Assembly: GCA_963717525.1 (NCBI GenBank)
Contig: OY970343.1
Coordinates: forward strand, 1,696,001 to 1,760,000
Direction of reading: 5' to 3'
DNA from: an uncultured Methanoregulaceae archaeon
GTDB taxonomy: Archaea; Halobacteriota; Methanomicrobia; Methanomicrobiales; Methanospirillaceae
Length of the DNA stretch: 64,000 nucleotides
Notes under the pieces: generated by a model
Told to the model about the DNA's origin: nothing
Databases searched by the model: none
Seen by the model: the letters and a program-made list of their open reading frames with translations, nothing else
Translations under genes and position numbers: made by a program
Shown here: one piece after another, positions 9,615-20,855 of the stretch
How the letters are laid out: each line of letters begins with the position of its first letter
Position numbering within the stretch: the first letter of the stretch is position 1

Positions 9615-10278
9615 ATGCCGGTAATTGGTATTTCAGGATCTCCTGTCCCGAACAGTAATACTGATCGGGCACTACGCATTGCTCTTGACGCAACCGGAGA
9701 GGAAACAGAGTTCATCAAATTATCCGATTATTCCTACCAACCGTGCAGGGCATGTCTTGGATGTGAAGAGACAAACGTCTGCGTCCTTAAGGATGATGCT
9801 ACTGCCCTGGCACAAAAAATCCGGTATGCCGATGCCCTCATTGTCGCCGGTTATCCACCATACGGATATCTTGATGGACGGACGAAATCCTTTCTCGAAA
9901 GGTTATGGTGCCTGAGGCACAAACATGGGTTCTTGAGGGGTAAGCCCGCTGGGATTATTATTACAAGTGCTCATCCTCCGGAAAATGACGTGCTGTCCCC
10001 GTCGATGGAACATGCAATCTCTTCGGTAAAACATTTTATGAATATAGAAGGCATGGATGTTGTCGGTGCTGTCGGGGTTGTGGGAAATGTGCCCTGTCTC
10101 CTGTGCGGTCCCGGGGAACATTGCGCCCTGAGCGGGGTCAAAAAATTTTTCGGGCCGGATGTCGTACGTGCCTCAATAAAAATTCAGAAGCTTGAGGACC
10201 AGAAGGATGTGATCGCAGACTTTAGTAACCATGGGCACGGAAATTGGGAAGCGTGTCCGGAATTCTAAGAGGAAATAG
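9615..10278 (+). CDS. Iron-sulfur flavoprotein / multimeric flavodoxin (frameshift near 10222)
   Basis: GISGSP..SNT, CxxCxxCx5C...DD, PPYG...K.F.ER; corrected frame ends ...GTEIGKRVRNSKRK*. Confidence 0.85.
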
Positions 10279-10300
10279 CTGCTCATTTATCGCTACCTTT

Positions 10301-10416
10301 AGGTAAAGATCAACAAAAAGAACCCGGCCATGCCTGCACATTCCCTTATCATCGTGAAGATCGCCGATGTTTTCGAATGCCAGCCGGGCCCGAATGCCGG
10401 CAAAAAAATCCTCTGA
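10301..10416 (+). pseudogene. Duplicated 3' fragment of the PNPOx-like gene (direct repeat of 9478-9593)
   Basis: Translates VKINKKNPAMPAHSLIIVKIADVFECQPGPNAGKKIL* versus VKMNKKNPAMPARSLIIVKITDVFECQPGQNAGKKLL*. Confidence 0.9.
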
Positions 10417-10584
10417 TCCTCTCCATTTTTCATAATCATACGATTGTGATGTGCCACTCCGGTTGGTGTGTCTACTACGGGATCAAAAGACTACAAAATT
10501 TTTGTAAGGGTTGCCCGGCTGGGTGGAGAGAGGCATTTGATAAGGCAGCCCTCTAAAAAAATCAGGACACCCTTGAGCACGCTT

Positions 10585-11310
10585 TCAATCTGTTTTCCGA
10601 AGGAGTTCTTCAATAAATTCGAGTTGAAAACTCTGAAATTCCATGAGTTTTTGTGCCTGATTCGTCGCAAGATAATCAATTTTCTTATGAAGCCGGTGAA
10701 TTTCGGAGTCCGTATGGATGCTCACCTCGAAATCACGTTCGGCGTGGAGACGGTCCCTCACTTCCTGGCGGTTCTGGCTCATGATAATGATGGGGGCCTG
10801 GATCGCAGCGACTACTGACAGGACGAGGTTAAGCAGGATATAGGGATAGGGATCGAATGCCCGGGAGAGTAAAATAGTGGAGTTCAAGATAACCCACAAG
10901 AAAAGCATGGCGGTAAAAACCCCGATAAACGTCCAGCTCCCGGCGAATTCGGCGAGTCTGTCGGAGACGCGTTCGCCAAAGGTCATCCTCTTTTCATATT
11001 CAATATTGTCATTTTTAGGGAGATGATTCTCCACTGTCGTGTCATCACTGACTGTCCCTTTGAACGAGGCATATTCATTTTTTTCCTTCTCCGCTACATC
11101 ACGGATATAATGTATCCTGAACCGGTTGAGATCAGACTTACAGATGTATCCTTCGGGTGACCACGCTGGATGTTCCTTTGTGACGATATCAACGATCGAT
11201 GCAGGAACCAGCTCCGCAGGCACCAGGTCGTTTTTCCTCTTATGTATCCCGCAAATCTGGCAGGAGAATGTTCCCTGATCCGCCATCTCTTTTCCTCTCA
11301 CAACCACCAA
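10585..11310 (-). CDS. DUF1003 domain membrane protein
   Basis: TFGERVSD...FAGSW, FDPYPYILLNLVLS, IIMSQNRQ. Confidence 0.9.
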   Translation of the reverse strand: MVVVRGKEMADQGTFSCQICGIHKRKNDLVPAELVPASIVDIVTKEHPAWSPEGYICKSDLNRFRIHYIRDVAEKEKNEYASFKGTVSDDTTVENHLPKNDNIEYEKRMTFGERVSDRLAEFAGSWTFIGVFTAMLFLWVILNSTILLSRAFDPYPYILLNLVLSVVAAIQAPIIIMSQNRQEVRDRLHAERDFEVSIHTDSEIHRLHKKIDYLATNQAQKLMEFQSFQLEFIEELLRKTD

Positions 11311-11434
11311 TGGGTCTTTACATTCTAATTAATTATCGGGACGGGGATAACTCCGGTATACCATTAATTTGTGAAAATTCGCATTTGTCCTGATTTATTT
11401 CCCAATGTTACATCAAACTATCAGAAACATCAAA

Positions 11435-11513
11435 GATGCTGTTGCATCTACGGTTGATGGCAGATCTTTCACTTCGCGATAATTTGAGTATCAGCCACAG
11501 ACGCACCAGAACC
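11435..11513. repeat. 79-bp inverted-repeat element, copy C
   Basis: gatgctgttgcatctacggttgat...acagacgcaccagaacc. Confidence 0.85.
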
Positions 11514-11580
11514 CAATAATGGAAAATTAACAATCATTTTTAGCGACTGTTTTATGAGAAGAAAGATACTATGACTCTTC

Positions 11581-12279
11581 GTGGCGAATGAAATGGACTA
11601 TGGAACCATGATCGGGAATTCTTTTACCTATGTAAAAGAGGGTATAATCGACAAAGTGAACACGTGGCTGCTCTTGATTATCGCCACACTTATTCTGGCA
11701 ATACCCCTGATGGGGTATATCATGAGCGTATACCGGGGTACCAAACCTGCACCCGAAGTGGATGGCTGGAGCACGTTATTTGTTGATGGAATTCTCCTGT
11801 TGATTGTCGGATTTATCTATGCGATCCCCATTCTTATATTAGAATTCCTTGTGATTGGTGCAACGTTTGTAACCCAAATGGGGAGTAACCCAACCGCAGC
11901 AATGACAGGTCTTGCCGGTGCCGGGATCCTTGCAGTTATCCTGATCATAGTCGCAATCATCATTGCCATTGTCGCGCCCATCGGAATTATCCGCTTTGCA
12001 CGAACCGGGAGCTTCGGCGAGGCTTTTAATTTTGGTGAAATTTTTGCCACCATAAAAAAGATCGGATGGCTCTCGTATATCCTTGCACTCATTATCGTTG
12101 CCATCGTAGTCGGTATCCCGGTTCTCATTCTCTGGGCCATCCTTATGGCACTGATCATTGCCCTGCCAATTGTCGGACTGGTTATTGCAGTAATTATCTT
12201 CCTCATAGTCCTCCCGATCATCGAGGTCTTCGAGGCACGGTTTCTTACTCAGGTGTACCAGACTGCCGGAACCACATAA
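11581..12279 (+). CDS. DUF4013 domain membrane protein
   Basis: LMGY...PAPEVDGW..LFVDG; RFARTGSFGEAFNFGEI. Confidence 0.9.
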   Translation: MANEMDYGTMIGNSFTYVKEGIIDKVNTWLLLIIATLILAIPLMGYIMSVYRGTKPAPEVDGWSTLFVDGILLLIVGFIYAIPILILEFLVIGATFVTQMGSNPTAAMTGLAGAGILAVILIIVAIIIAIVAPIGIIRFARTGSFGEAFNFGEIFATIKKIGWLSYILALIIVAIVVGIPVLILWAILMALIIALPIVGLVIAVIIFLIVLPIIEVFEARFLTQVYQTAGTT

Positions 12280-12304
12280 TCCCTTTTTAGATTATTCAAA
12301 GACA

Positions 12305-12396
12305 GGTGCTGTTGCGTTGTCGGGATCTTTAGATAGTCAATTTTGCTGGATCACGACGAAATCATTTTCATAAAGTCCCGTTAAAGCAACAGAACC
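12305..12396. repeat. 92-bp inverted-repeat element, copy D (same termini, different core)
   Basis: ggtgctgttgc...gcaacagaacc with inner cgggatcttt/aaagtcccg stem. Confidence 0.75.
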
Positions 12397-12449
12397 GGAT
12401 TGGGATACCGTGACTCCCGCCGCCCAAGGGGTCACGCGTGCGCACACGT

Positions 12450-12801
12450 TCATCCCGGGTTGCCGGCCATCACCTGTTTGATCATCTCCATCGCTTCCTG
12501 GATGGTCTCCCGTGCATCCTCCCGCTCGATCCGGTAGAGTTTCTGCAGGGGACCAAGAGCCCGGGGATCCCCGAGCATGCCCAATGCGTAGGCGGCTTTC
12601 AGCCGCACCCGTGCATCGTCATCCCACAGGGTGTCGATCAACGGCTCCACGGCCCGGGGATCTCCCAGTCGTCCCAGCGATTCCGCCGCCTGCCACCGCG
12701 TCCCTTCATTGTCATCGGAGAGCCTTTCAATTAACCCTTCAAGAGTATTGGCCGTTCTCTATCACCTTCACCAAGCAGTCGGTTGTTCCTGTCTGGGGCA
12801 T
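12450..12801 (-). CDS. Short HEAT/PBS-lyase repeat protein (5' frameshift)
   Basis: TRWQAAESLGRLGDPRAVEPLIDTLWDDDARVRLKAAYALGMLGDPRALGPL. Confidence 0.75.
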
Positions 12802-12913
12802 GGCAGGAATCCTCTACGATCCCGTATGCACCAGGGGGTGCTTTATTTTTCCCGTTCAGGGGGATAGGGTGGTGATCCGGGTATACCGGCGATCCCTCTT
12901 TTACGCTATTGAA

Positions 12914-14325
12914 TTATCCACCCGACTGCCGGTACGTCCCTTTGGGTACGGTCAGTGCAAACCGGGCGCCATTTCCGGGCTCGCTTGTTTCATTCAGGGA
13001 AATTTTTGTTATGGAGAGGATCTCGCGGGAGAGGAACAGGCCAAGACCGGTATTTTTCCCGAACCCCCGCTCGAACAGGTGTTTTTTATCCTCCACGCCG
13101 ATCCCGGCCCCGTCGTCCTCGCAGGTAAGGACAAGCCCATTATTTGTTTCTGACGCGAAAAACCGGATTTTTGTCATCGCGCTGCCCCCGTATCGCAGGG
13201 CATTGTCAATCAGGTTGTAGAAGACCTTCTGGACAAGCGGGTCGGCGAATAGTTCAGTCCCGGAAGGAATATCGTTTACCACCACGGCTTTCCCGGCGGA
13301 GACCTGCGCTGTTGCGGTATCCACGAGCGAATAGCAGTCCTGCCAGGCCGGTGCCCTGACGCCGATCTCTTCGTACTCCCTGGTAAACTGGATGATTGCC
13401 ATTATGCGCTGCAAGGCGGCTTTGATCTTCAGGGAATACTCGTCGCGTGCGGGCCCGGGGGGTTCCTGTTCCTGGAAGACCTGGTACACCTGGAGCGCCG
13501 ACAGCAAGTTGATGATATCGTGCCTTGTTATCCCCGAGAGAAGGTTAAGTTTTTTGTTCGCCTGGCTGACTGCCTCCTCGGCACGTTTCCGTTCGGTAAT
13601 ATCGTGGACCACCACGCAGGCAAGCGGCGGTGCTCCCTCGCGGGGGATGATGCGGGACGTAAGGTCGGCATACCTGAGGGACCCGTCCCGGTGCCGGAGC
13701 TGCACTTCCCCGGACCAGCCATCCGGGGCAAAGAGGTTCCCGCCCCCCGCCCCCCCGGTATCCCGTCCCAGGATATAAAGTCGCCGGGATTCATACCGGT
13801 CAGTTCGTTGCCGGTGTACCCGAACACGCGGGCCGATGCCGGGTTTGCTTCGAGGATCGTCTTTGTATCACCTGAGACAAGAAGGATCCCCTCTGCAGCA
13901 TTGTCGACTATCGCCTGGTAGCGCTGCATGGTCTCCCGGAGCTGTCGGTCGACGGCGTGCCGGTGGAGGGCAAGATCCACGGTAAAGACCAGCTCCCGTT
14001 CGTTGAATGGCTTGACAAGGTAATGGTACGGCGAGGTCTCTTTTGCCCGGGCGAGCCGGTTAGTATCGGAATATGCAGTCAGGTATATGATGGGGATGTC
14101 GGCGTGCTCATGAATCTGCCGGGCGGTTTCGATCCCGTCGATCTTTCCCATCAGCCCGATATCCATGCAGATAAGGTCCGGCGGGTCTTTTGTTGCCATC
14201 GCCACGGCTTCCTCGCCGAATGCCGTTGTGCCGGCGATCCGGTACCCGTTCTTTTCGAGCAGTTCCGCTATCTGGAGCGCGATAATCCCGTTATCCTCCA
14301 CGACAAGGATCGATTCGCCGGCCAT
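12914..14325 (-). CDS. Hybrid receiver-PAS-histidine kinase (frameshift in the C-run near 13745)
   Basis: REC (ILVVEDN...DLICMDI...KPF), PAS, ITRHDI H-box, NLIDNA, DDG.G, GLGL. Confidence 0.9.
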
Positions 14326-14471
14326 ACATCAGTTCCTTTGGATCCGGGACAGGTGTTTGTCCGGGCCGGGATTCCTGCCAATGCTTTCGGGAACAGCGAC
14401 ACCACTGCCTCTTCTCCCCGGCACGCGAAGAGAGGGACCAAAACTCACGTCCGTGTCTTTTGCCATCGTCC

Positions 14472-14753
14472 TCAACGGTTCTTTTCGGGGATAAACTGGA
14501 TCCCCTCGTACACAGGCCCGAAAAAATCCTCGTTGCCAACACCGATGTTCAGTTTTCCCATCAGGATGTCGTTAAACTGGTCCTCCAGTATGGAGCGGGG
14601 GAAAGCATTTGTCTGTTTCAGGCAGAAACGGACCCATTCCGACCAGAGCAGCATGCGCTGGACGCTCATGATCCGGTTGCGCCGGACATGCAGGGATAAG
14701 AATTCGCGAAACAGTGCGGTTTCATCCGGTTCTTCTCCGGCCGTTTCTGGCAT
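14472..14753 (-). CDS. Hypothetical protein, possible stand-alone winged helix
   Basis: F...LWSEWVRFC...QF...YEGIQF pattern. Confidence 0.55.
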   Translation of the reverse strand: MPETAGEEPDETALFREFLSLHVRRNRIMSVQRMLLWSEWVRFCLKQTNAFPRSILEDQFNDILMGKLNIGVGNEDFFGPVYEGIQFIPEKNR

Positions 14754-15342
14754 TCCGTAGCGTGCGCCGGAGGGATTCCGGCCGGGGTTTCGATCGAGGA
14801 GATAATGGTAATCACCTGCAGAGGATTCAGACTCCCTTTTAATAGATTTTTGTCTGAGTATCAGATTTTATCACATATTTTGAAAATGAACGAAATCTAT
14901 AACTGTCCCTTTATCGTTCCAACGGGACTAAAGCGCTGTAAAGGTACAGGAAACACCGGGGGGCAATCGGGCAGTAAACGCCGGAGAGAACCGGTGAGAT
15001 AGAGCGGTGCACGATATGCGAAAAATCTCGTCAGGGTAAAAAAACCGGCGGCGGGGAAATCACCTGCCACATGAGCCTATGCACTTGGGAGAACCGGGGA
15101 AAAGCACCGGCGGGTAGATGGACGAAAAAAGTACCGATCGTTCTCAAGGGCGGCAGTGCAGCAGGTGGTGGGGGTGATTACCGGGATGGGAGGATAAATT
15201 TTTTTAAAGCACCTCAAAGTAAAATCTTCTAAAATGTGTCTTTTTTTCGTTAACGTCTGAAAAGTGCGCATAAAAAAAAGATTTTAATGTATTTTTCTGG
15301 TTCAGGCATGGCCCATTGTTGTCAGGAGTGGTAAAATGAGGA

Positions 15343-15579
15343 TTACCACCTGACCTGGGCACCTGCACGTTGATACCGGGGAACCCAGAACGCTACGAAT
15401 AGGACCATGTACACAATCTCAAAGAGGGTTACGACAAGAACCGTGCTGAATGGTATGTTGTAGGTATAATAAAATACACCAAAGTTCATGACGATCAAGA
15501 GTGTCACTGCGTATATGACTAATCTTTTCACAAAGGTAATTGGTAAGATTCTGCCAATTGCATCTTTTTGTTCATCCAT
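15343..15579 (-). CDS. Small 2-TM membrane protein
   Basis: GGAGG upstream; two hydrophobic segments. Confidence 0.65.
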   Translation of the reverse strand: MDEQKDAIGRILPITFVKRLVIYAVTLLIVMNFGVFYYTYNIPFSTVLVVTLFEIVYMVLFVAFWVPRYQRAGAQVRW

Positions 15580-16678
15580 CGTACATCCTCCGGTTGTTGT
15601 ACATCCCGTAAAATCCTGATCCGTGACAGTCTGCGATTATAATTACCATCCATCCAAATCTCATTTTTTTGTACCCGTGGGACCGGTTTTGTCATACCCG
15701 AGTGGGCAGTTGGTGACCCGGGATAATTCTCTCTGCATCATGAGACACTTTGCAAAAGACCCTCCCAAGGAAGGAGTGTATTGATCGCAGTGGTTGTGCT
15801 CGCAGAACTCCTCAAGCATATACCCACATGAAACGAATGAGGGGTTAAAGCTGATGCCTGAGGTACAACTGAGCTCTGCCCCATTCCCGGGAGTCTCTTA
15901 TGGCCGACAGGCAGATTATACCGGAACCTGTTTCAGGGTTTCCTGGTGGGGAGAGCAGGTTCCCGCCACGCAAAGCCCGGCCAGCGAAGGAGATATCCGA
16001 AGGTCCGGGTTCCCGGTTGCAGCCAACGTGCATCAATAACCCGGCCGGCATATCTGTCCGTGCATACCCTCCTGTGAACCGCGGACGAAAAAGAGGGGCC
16101 GGATGGAGGATGAGTGGAGGACTGGTTATTTCAGGACAGGTGCGGACGGGGTTTTCACACCGGCCCCTGCTTTTGGATGGTCCTTCCGGTACTCGTCCTT
16201 GTGCGACCCACGTATTAACGCTTTCACGTGTTTTGCAAAGTGGGAGATCACTTTCGGTACCACCGTGGACGGGTGCGCACTCGTGCCAGATCCGGATTTT
16301 TGGGGGGCGGTTTCCTGCATTTTTGTATCGGTCATTGTTGTATCGTGTGTTGTTGTATTCTTCATATATGTTCAACTCCTTTTCATAATTCAAAAGCTGA
16401 TATGATGATTTTCATGAGGTTTTTTTAGGAAAATCGTCCTGATAACCCGTTCGAGTGTTATTTCATACCAAACCGGGTGAATACATGGCGTGTGAGTATA
16501 GAGACTTGCCTGTTGTTTATAGGATCTGCTTTTCATGTTCTTTTTTTTAAGATACACTGTTGACAGTGTGTTATTTTTGATTAGAAATTTGAGAATTCTT
16601 TACGTTTCTATTATCTTATTTGTTATGTTGGGGAATATTTTTCTGATCCGGTCGGCCCGGAGATCCGGATTTTCCGGT

Positions 16679-18100
16679 TTATCGGGTCCATTTTCTTATC
16701 GCAAGTATTGCTGCTATTGCACCGACGCCGGATATTATTCCAAATCCCGGGGTATTCGTGGGTACTTGATTTGCTGTTGCATTTGTTGAATTTCTTTGGG
16801 TGACTGGGACAGACAGGGACCCGGATGTACTCGGCGATATTGTTTCACTTGCAGTAATTATATCCGATACCATAGTTGTCGTGACCGGCACAACGGTACT
16901 ATTCATCATAGGAGTTGTTGTTGCAGGATTAGGCGTACTTGTAGCAAGCGGAATCTGGGCTGCAACGGGAACCTCCGAGAACAATGGGTTGGGTAATTCA
17001 CCGCGCCATACGTCATTAAAATGATTGGCAATATTCGAACCCCCCATCAATACAATACTTCCATCCGGCATCGCTAAACTACTCTGGCCGTATCGTGGCG
17101 ACCACGCAGCATTTGCAGTTATTTCAGTCCACGTTTTGCCACCATCTGTAGAACGCCATACATCATTTAGGAGAACGGTACTATTGTAGGGGGGAATATA
17201 ACTCAGGCCGCCTATAATCACGATACTGCCATCGGGCATTACAACCATGCTCTGACCGTATCTACCTGGCCACCCGGCATCAGGTGTGACCAGCTTCCAC
17301 GTTGCCCCCTCATCTGTCGAACTCCACACGTCATTAAGACCGATACCACTGTTGCCCAATCCCCCCATGAGCAGGATACTCCCATCTGGCATCAGTCCGA
17401 CACTGGGGTACGATCGTGGCGACCATTCTGCATTTGACGTAACCTGAATCCATCGAATACCATTGTCTACTGAACGCCAAACGTCGTTGTAATTAGTATC
17501 AGGGTTACTGCTGAGGACATTGATATTGGTTCCACCTATAAGCAGGATACTCCCATCGGGCATGACAAGAGAACTGAAATCTCCTCGTGGCGACCATTCT
17601 GCGTTTGCGGTCATCTGCGTCCATGAAGCTCCATAATCTTGTGACCACCAAACGTCATTGAGGAAGTTGCTACCGGTCCAGCCTCCCATAAGCACGATAC
17701 TTCCATCCGGTAACGCTACACTGTCAAATCGATTTCTCGCTGACCATGGAGCATTCTCAGTTATCTCAGACCATGTGGCACCGGCATCAGTCGAACGCCA
17801 CACATCATTGGAACCACCGCCCATAATCACGATACTACCATCGGACATCACCAGACTGCTAAAAAATGCTCGTGGCGACCACGGGGCGTTAGCGTTTATC
17901 TCCGTCCAGGGACCCGTCGGAGTTGGGGTTGGTGTCGGGGTAGCAAGTGCTATTGGATACGATCTGTACCCAAGTGTCGTGGTTGGCGTAACTGTAGGAA
18001 CAGGGGTAATTACTGATATTGGATTATACTGATAATTTATTGCCGCGACAGGTAACACGAGTACGAGGCACACAAAGAGAAGCAGGAATTTCTCTCTCAT
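16679..18100 (-). CDS. Secreted Kelch/Asp-box beta-propeller surface protein with PGF-CTERM
   Basis: Signal peptide; about six repeats WSPR...MPDGSI..MGG...NDVWRSTDxGxTW; Thr-rich linker; TPGF-TM-basic tail. Confidence 0.9.
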   Translation of the reverse strand: MREKFLLLFVCLVLVLPVAAINYQYNPISVITPVPTVTPTTTLGYRSYPIALATPTPTPTPTGPWTEINANAPWSPRAFFSSLVMSDGSIVIMGGGSNDVWRSTDAGATWSEITENAPWSARNRFDSVALPDGSIVLMGGWTGSNFLNDVWWSQDYGASWTQMTANAEWSPRGDFSSLVMPDGSILLIGGTNINVLSSNPDTNYNDVWRSVDNGIRWIQVTSNAEWSPRSYPSVGLMPDGSILLMGGLGNSGIGLNDVWSSTDEGATWKLVTPDAGWPGRYGQSMVVMPDGSIVIIGGLSYIPPYNSTVLLNDVWRSTDGGKTWTEITANAAWSPRYGQSSLAMPDGSIVLMGGSNIANHFNDVWRGELPNPLFSEVPVAAQIPLATSTPNPATTTPMMNSTVVPVTTTMVSDIITASETISPSTSGSLSVPVTQRNSTNATANQVPTNTPGFGIISGVGAIAAILAIRKWTR

Positions 18101-18229
18101 AAGACCCTAATTCCCCCTCTCCAAGTTTAATAGTTTGGATAGTTCATAGCTTTTATCAGGTTCACCTTGGCAACGCTATTCATTTAATAGGAATAAAAAA
18201 GAAAAACAAAAAAATGGAGTTGGAGGATT

Positions 18230-18901
18230 ATGGAGATAGTACCGGGAATTCACCAGGTCGATGGTGTAAAGGGTAATTGTTTTATTATTGTTCGGGACGA
18301 TCTGACACTTATCGATACGGGAATGCCCAAAAACAGCGCAAAAATAGTACAATATATTCAGGATGTTCTTAAACGCAAACCTTCAGACATCAAAACGATC
18401 GTCCTGACACACTTTCATGTTGATCACGTGGGTGACGCTTTCGATCTCAAAAAACTGAGCGGTGCGAAGGTGGCCATTCATGAAGCGGATGCGGACTACG
18501 TTTCCGGTAGAAAAACCCCGCCTGTGCCGAAAGGTGTTATGGGAATGATCTTTAAAGTCCTCATGCCCTTGTTTTTCAGATCAAAGCCTGTTGAACCGGA
18601 TATAAAGCTCAACGACGGTGACACCATCGCTGGTCTTGCCACCATTCATACACCCGGACATACACCGGGAAGTATTTGTCTTTTTGATCCGGCATCAAAA
18701 ATTCTGTTTGCAGGGGATCTCTTGAGGTATGACGGCATTAACATCAAAACGGGACCATTAGCATTAGACACACATGAGGTACAGCAATCAATCAATAAAA
18801 TCGCCGCACTTGATTTCGCTATCATGCTGCCGGGACATGGAATACCTCTCAGACCCGATGCATCGGTAAAGGTCCGGGAGTTCGCAACGTCATTACCCTG
18901 A
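18230..18901 (+). CDS. Metallo-beta-lactamase-fold hydrolase
   Basis: IDTG, THFHVDHVG, TPGHTPG, AGD, PGHG. Confidence 0.95.
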   Translation: MEIVPGIHQVDGVKGNCFIIVRDDLTLIDTGMPKNSAKIVQYIQDVLKRKPSDIKTIVLTHFHVDHVGDAFDLKKLSGAKVAIHEADADYVSGRKTPPVPKGVMGMIFKVLMPLFFRSKPVEPDIKLNDGDTIAGLATIHTPGHTPGSICLFDPASKILFAGDLLRYDGINIKTGPLALDTHEVQQSINKIAALDFAIMLPGHGIPLRPDASVKVREFATSLP

Positions 18902-19869
18902 GTTCGAAAAGAGGTAACCGGGAAATTTCATTACATTTTATTTTTTCATTTTTAACCGTTGGTTATGAGTTATTTATAAAAAAAGTGGGGGGTGAGACAG
19001 GAAGCGATTATTACCCCCTGCGCCTGGATGTGCCCTGACTGCGGACACAGGGTAAGGGATTGACAAAAACAGTAAAATCGTACAAAGTGCAGACATACGA
19101 AATGAGATAATGAAAAAGTTTGGGTGACCACTATGGCAAACGACTTTTATAATACAAAATTTACCGGGCGCAGAATCAACATAGATTTTATGAGATGCTT
19201 TGGTTCTACGCCGATGTTTGAACATACAGGAGGATTACAAAGAAACTGGCGTAGCTGCTGGAATATTCATTTTCCGTTATCTGGAAGAACTCATGCGTTT
19301 GTTGCCGGAAAATGGTTTCTGATGTATATTATCGAAAGTTATCAGTAACATTCTTTTTTCTTATAAAATTATTATTGGTTTTGGTTCCGCAAATCCCGGC
19401 ATTGTTCCAACGGTCATGGGGCCATGCACCGCGCACACATCAAGACCGCAAAGGAAGGCAAGCAAGCTTAGAGCGCGATCCCGTGTCAGGTACTGCCCGG
19501 AATGTAAGATGATGCTGCCGGATGAGGATGTACCAGGAATATGAACAGATGCAAAGGTCCTAGAAAAGAAACCCCACATTGGCCTTTGCCATGCCTTTCT
19601 GTTGGCAGATAATGAGCTGGACGCAGGAAACATCGTTGAAAGTGGAAAAAGGTTAATTGTGGACGGTCACAAAACCGGGGTAAGTTTTTTGCCAATTGTC
19701 ATTCATGACGGAATCATAAACGTGATACCCGGCAGGATATCCGTATCCTGTGAGGACAACCTGATCCGCATTCATTATAACGGTCCCATAAGGGGATGAA
19801 GTACCAATGACATGGAAACTTACCCAATCACCCGGCTCTAACGCGCTATATGCCTGCCATGGTACGAAA

Positions 19870-20178
19870 TCAGTACCTCCCGGTCTGGTAGGTGTTGATC
19901 TGAGAACTCCCGCTGCCTGTGGTCATAGATTGAATCTCCTGTGGACCTGTCCAAAAATCCTGGAATCCTGCCGGCGCCGGGGCAGGTATCGCGGTTGGTT
20001 GGGCGATCACTGTTGCCACAGGTGCGGATGCCGCAGTTTGTGCTGTTGCGGCATCTGCCCAGCCTTTGTCATACAGCGTTATCCCTGCGATGATTATTAT
20101 GGCAATAACTACGATGATCGCTAAAGGAACACGGATCTCGCTCCATATCTTATCCGTATCAATAACGACTTGACTCAT
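19870..20178 (-). CDS. Small membrane-anchored hypothetical protein
   Basis: GGAGG upstream; one TM followed by an Ala/Pro/Thr-rich segment. Confidence 0.65.
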   Translation of the reverse strand: MSQVVIDTDKIWSEIRVPLAIIVVIAIIIIAGITLYDKGWADAATAQTAASAPVATVIAQPTAIPAPAPAGFQDFWTGPQEIQSMTTGSGSSQINTYQTGRY

Positions 20179-20284
20179 CTTCTCATTCCTCCATGTTTAC
20201 CATTGACTTTCTAAGTACACATAGTTTAAAAGGTTTACCAAGTTAAATAAAGGATATAGGGAACAAACGGTAAACAATCCTGAA

Positions 20285-20431
20285 ATGGTGACGGAACCTC
20301 CAAAAATGGTTAAGATATCGCAGCGAAATTATGAACGCCTGCAAAAGTTCGGATGTGCCGGTGAATCATTGAATACAGCTTTGGATCGTGCACTTGATCT
20401 CGCTGAAAAGAAAAACGGAAACTCCCGATAA
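20285..20431 (+). CDS. Small ribbon-helix-helix/antitoxin-like DNA-binding protein (48 aa; not in ORF track)
   Basis: MVTEPPKMVKISQRNYERLQKFGCAGESLNTALDRALDLAEKKNGNSR fits the archaeal RHH pattern 'xKIS...YERL...G..GES....LDR.L'. Confidence 0.65.
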   Translation: MVTEPPKMVKISQRNYERLQKFGCAGESLNTALDRALDLAEKKNGNSR

Positions 20432-20636
20432 CAATTTTAACAATATGACCTTGGATCGAAGGCATGGAGCGCGATCCATTGGCAATTTTGTGACAAGTGC
20501 GGGAAATGATGTTAGAATACATCAGATCCCGAAGACATTACAGAACTGCATACGGCATACTAGGGAAGGCATATATTGTCACCCTGACAAGAGACCACGA
20601 CAAGTCTGATGAATACACCATATAAGGAGATCGAAT

Positions 20637-20855
20637 ATGAGCGCATACCATTTTTGTACAGGTTGTGAATACATCAAAACCAGGACGGTCCCGGGACCTG
20701 ATAAATCGACGGCAAGCCAATGGTCATGCCCGGCCCGGTTCAACCCGAGGGAAGGGAAATGGCCTTCAATAGATGGGGTGAACCCGCACGAATGCCCGCG
20801 GAACGAGCAGTTTATGACTCTTCAGAAACAGAGTGGCGACCGCAAACTCCGGTGA
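20637..20855 (+). CDS. Small Cys-rich hypothetical protein
   Basis: AGGAG upstream; CTGC...CP...CP. Confidence 0.55.
   Translation: MSAYHFCTGCEYIKTRTVPGPDKSTASQWSCPARFNPREGKWPSIDGVNPHECPRNEQFMTLQKQSGDRKLR

Noticed and set aside
13735..13760. C-rich tract in the hybrid kinase as a phase-variation or programmed frameshift site
   Set aside because: Indistinguishable from the many homopolymer errors in this assembly
15845..16428. Several overlapping ORFs (e.g. 16126..16365)
   Set aside because: Low-complexity translations with no recognisable family
17020..17910. Regularly spaced DNA repeats (cgtggcgacca..., ccatc.ggcat) as a CRISPR or other non-coding array
   Set aside because: They are the coding repeats of the Kelch/Asp-box propeller
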